Positions 62,307 through 64,000 of a DNA stretch of 64,000 nucleotides are shown here, in pieces. The notes beneath the pieces are model-generated. The model did not search any database. It was given only the letters and a program-made list of their open reading frames with translations, and had not been told where the DNA came from. A program made the translations under genes and the position numbers. Positions within the stretch are counted from its first letter, which is position 1, and every line of letters starts with the position of its first letter. This DNA comes from Neodothiora populina (taxonomy: Eukaryota): contig NW_027191415.1 in the NCBI RefSeq assembly GCF_041146345.1, forward strand, positions 806,001 to 870,000, given 5' to 3'.

Positions 62307-64000
62307 ATGTTGTAAGCGACATCTTCTCCCAGACACTGCATACATACTTGTAGCGCATTCGCTGACCAGGCCATCAACAGCGTTCTACCACCGCCGCCGA
62401 GATACCCCAATGGCAACCTGTACTCGGGCTACCCGGGCGGCGCCATCATCGAGACGAACAACACCCTGGGCCACCATGAAGGACCCGAATACCAACTTGT
62501 CGTCGGAGAAGGTATTTTCTCCACTCCCTTCGGCTTTCCGACCTTGTCTCTTCCACGAGCCTCACACACTGACTTGCGAGAGGCACCTATATTCTGCGCG
62601 ATGAGCTGCACCTAGCCACCCCTCCTCCCCATCCTTCAGACAACACAATACCGAACACCAACCCCCTCGACACCACCATTGGCCCGCCGACTGCTGGCAC
62701 AAAGCTGTCCTTGACATCCTTTGCTCCGCGGAAGCCATCCACTTACCCTCTCACCCCGAGTCTCACCGGAAACAGCACTCGCTCTCCCGTACCGCCCAGT
62801 ATACAAGAGGAGGGTCTGCACAGCGAGAATGGCTCGCTACCCAGGCACAACGGCGCCATCAATTCCCAGTCATCCTTCACTCCCGCCTTTGGTGAAGGCA
62901 ATCCCGCTTTGTTGCCCAGTGCGAAAGACGCCAAGGACCCTACCAAGAAACGCAAGCCGAAGAACAATATTGTCAAGAGCAATTCATCTTTCGTGTCCAG
63001 AGTGATCCCCCACGAAGCTGTCCAGCGGCGCCTCACCGAACACAGCCCCGAGGGCACATTTGCATTCGCCAACATCAACAGAGCCTTACAGTGGCTGGAT
63101 CTATCCTCGGAGACCAAGGTAGGATCCGCCTCCATCTACACACACTGGCGCAATTTTCATTATCCTAACGCTTTTGCACGATAGACGGAGAATTTGACCA
63201 AGATCCTCTTCACCAAAGCACACGCCTTGTGTCACGACGTCAACCAGACAACCCGAAGTAGCACGCATATCGATGTCATCTTAGGCTTCTCTTCCTCTGA
63301 TATCATCTGGTACGAGCCGATATCACAGAAGTATGCTCGACTGAACAAAAACGTATGCTCATGGTTATCACCTACGATGGATCCGCCAGTATTGACTGCT
63401 TTCTGAACAGGGCGTGATAAATCCTTCTGCTGTGTCATCTATCTCGTGGTTACCTAATAATGAAAACATGTTCGTGGCTGCCCATGTCGACGGCACGCTG
63501 GTCGTGTACGACAAGGAAAAGGAGGATGCGCCATTCGTAGCAGAAGAGAGCGCCGCCGATGATTCTTCTTCGAACAGACATGACCCCGCCATCTTCTCCG
63601 TCTTGAAGTCGGTTCAATCACGAAACCAGAAGACCAACCCTGTCGCGGTGTGGAGGATCAGCAATCTAAAAGTCAACTGCATCTCCTTCTCACCTGATGG
63701 TCGGCATCTCGCCATTGTTTCAGAGGACGGATCCTTGCAAATCATGGATTACCTTCGGGAACAAGTCCTCGATGCATTCACCTCTTACTACGGAGGTCTC
63801 ACCACCGTCACATGGTCTCCAGACGGCAGATACATATTGACAGGCGGACAAGACGACCTTGTGAGCATATGGTCATTCGCAGATGCAGCTCTGGTCGCGC
63901 GGTGTCAGGGACACAACAGCTGGGTCACAGACGTCAAGTTTGATGCCTGGAGATGCGATGATCGCAACTATCGCTTTGGAAGTGTTGGGGAGGACTGCAG
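62307..64000 (+). CDS. creC: Catabolite repression WD40 protein CreC (WDR20-like); 3' end beyond the window
   Basis: [45 protein letters not shown], then [59 protein letters not shown] and [11 protein letters not shown]. Confidence 0.93.

Overview
This window is eukaryotic, not prokaryotic: a gene-dense stretch of a filamentous ascomycete genome (Pezizomycotina, probably Dothideomycetes). It has short spliceosomal introns (GT..CTRAC..YAG) and no transposons, CRISPR arrays, rRNA or convincing tRNA that I could find. I reconstructed 24 protein-coding genes by hand across introns. In order: Mam3/CNNM, BCKDH E1-beta, an MFS transporter, HP1, CCT5, Kch1, BiP/Kar2, an F-box/RPEL-like protein, a small conserved Cys-rich protein (tentatively UrdA-like), a large secreted PAN-domain mucin, Ego1/LAMTOR1, an old yellow enzyme, a P450, an AT-hook/Myb-like protein, PTPA/Rrd1, a disordered hypothetical protein, a GH18 ENGase-UBA fusion, Cdk1, AlkB, a DUF985 cupin, Slm1, a small mitochondrial protein, Zds1 and Gem1/Miro. 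CreC starts near the end and runs off the window. The most interesting observations: (i) a cytosolic GH18 ENGase fused to a UBA domain, a possible direct ubiquitin-to-deglycosylation link in ERAD; (ii) a hairpin-rich, apparently non-coding Pol II-like unit inside a ~4 kb gene desert (~25.0-25.8 kb); (iii) an F-box plus RPEL-like protein and a GC-AG-intron Ego1 gene, both only partly visible in the ORF track; (iv) a recurring GxPRSGT peptide motif in the secreted mucin; (v) strong intergenic enrichment of TAAGGTA and TACAGTA motifs. All family assignments come from motif recognition; no database search was run.
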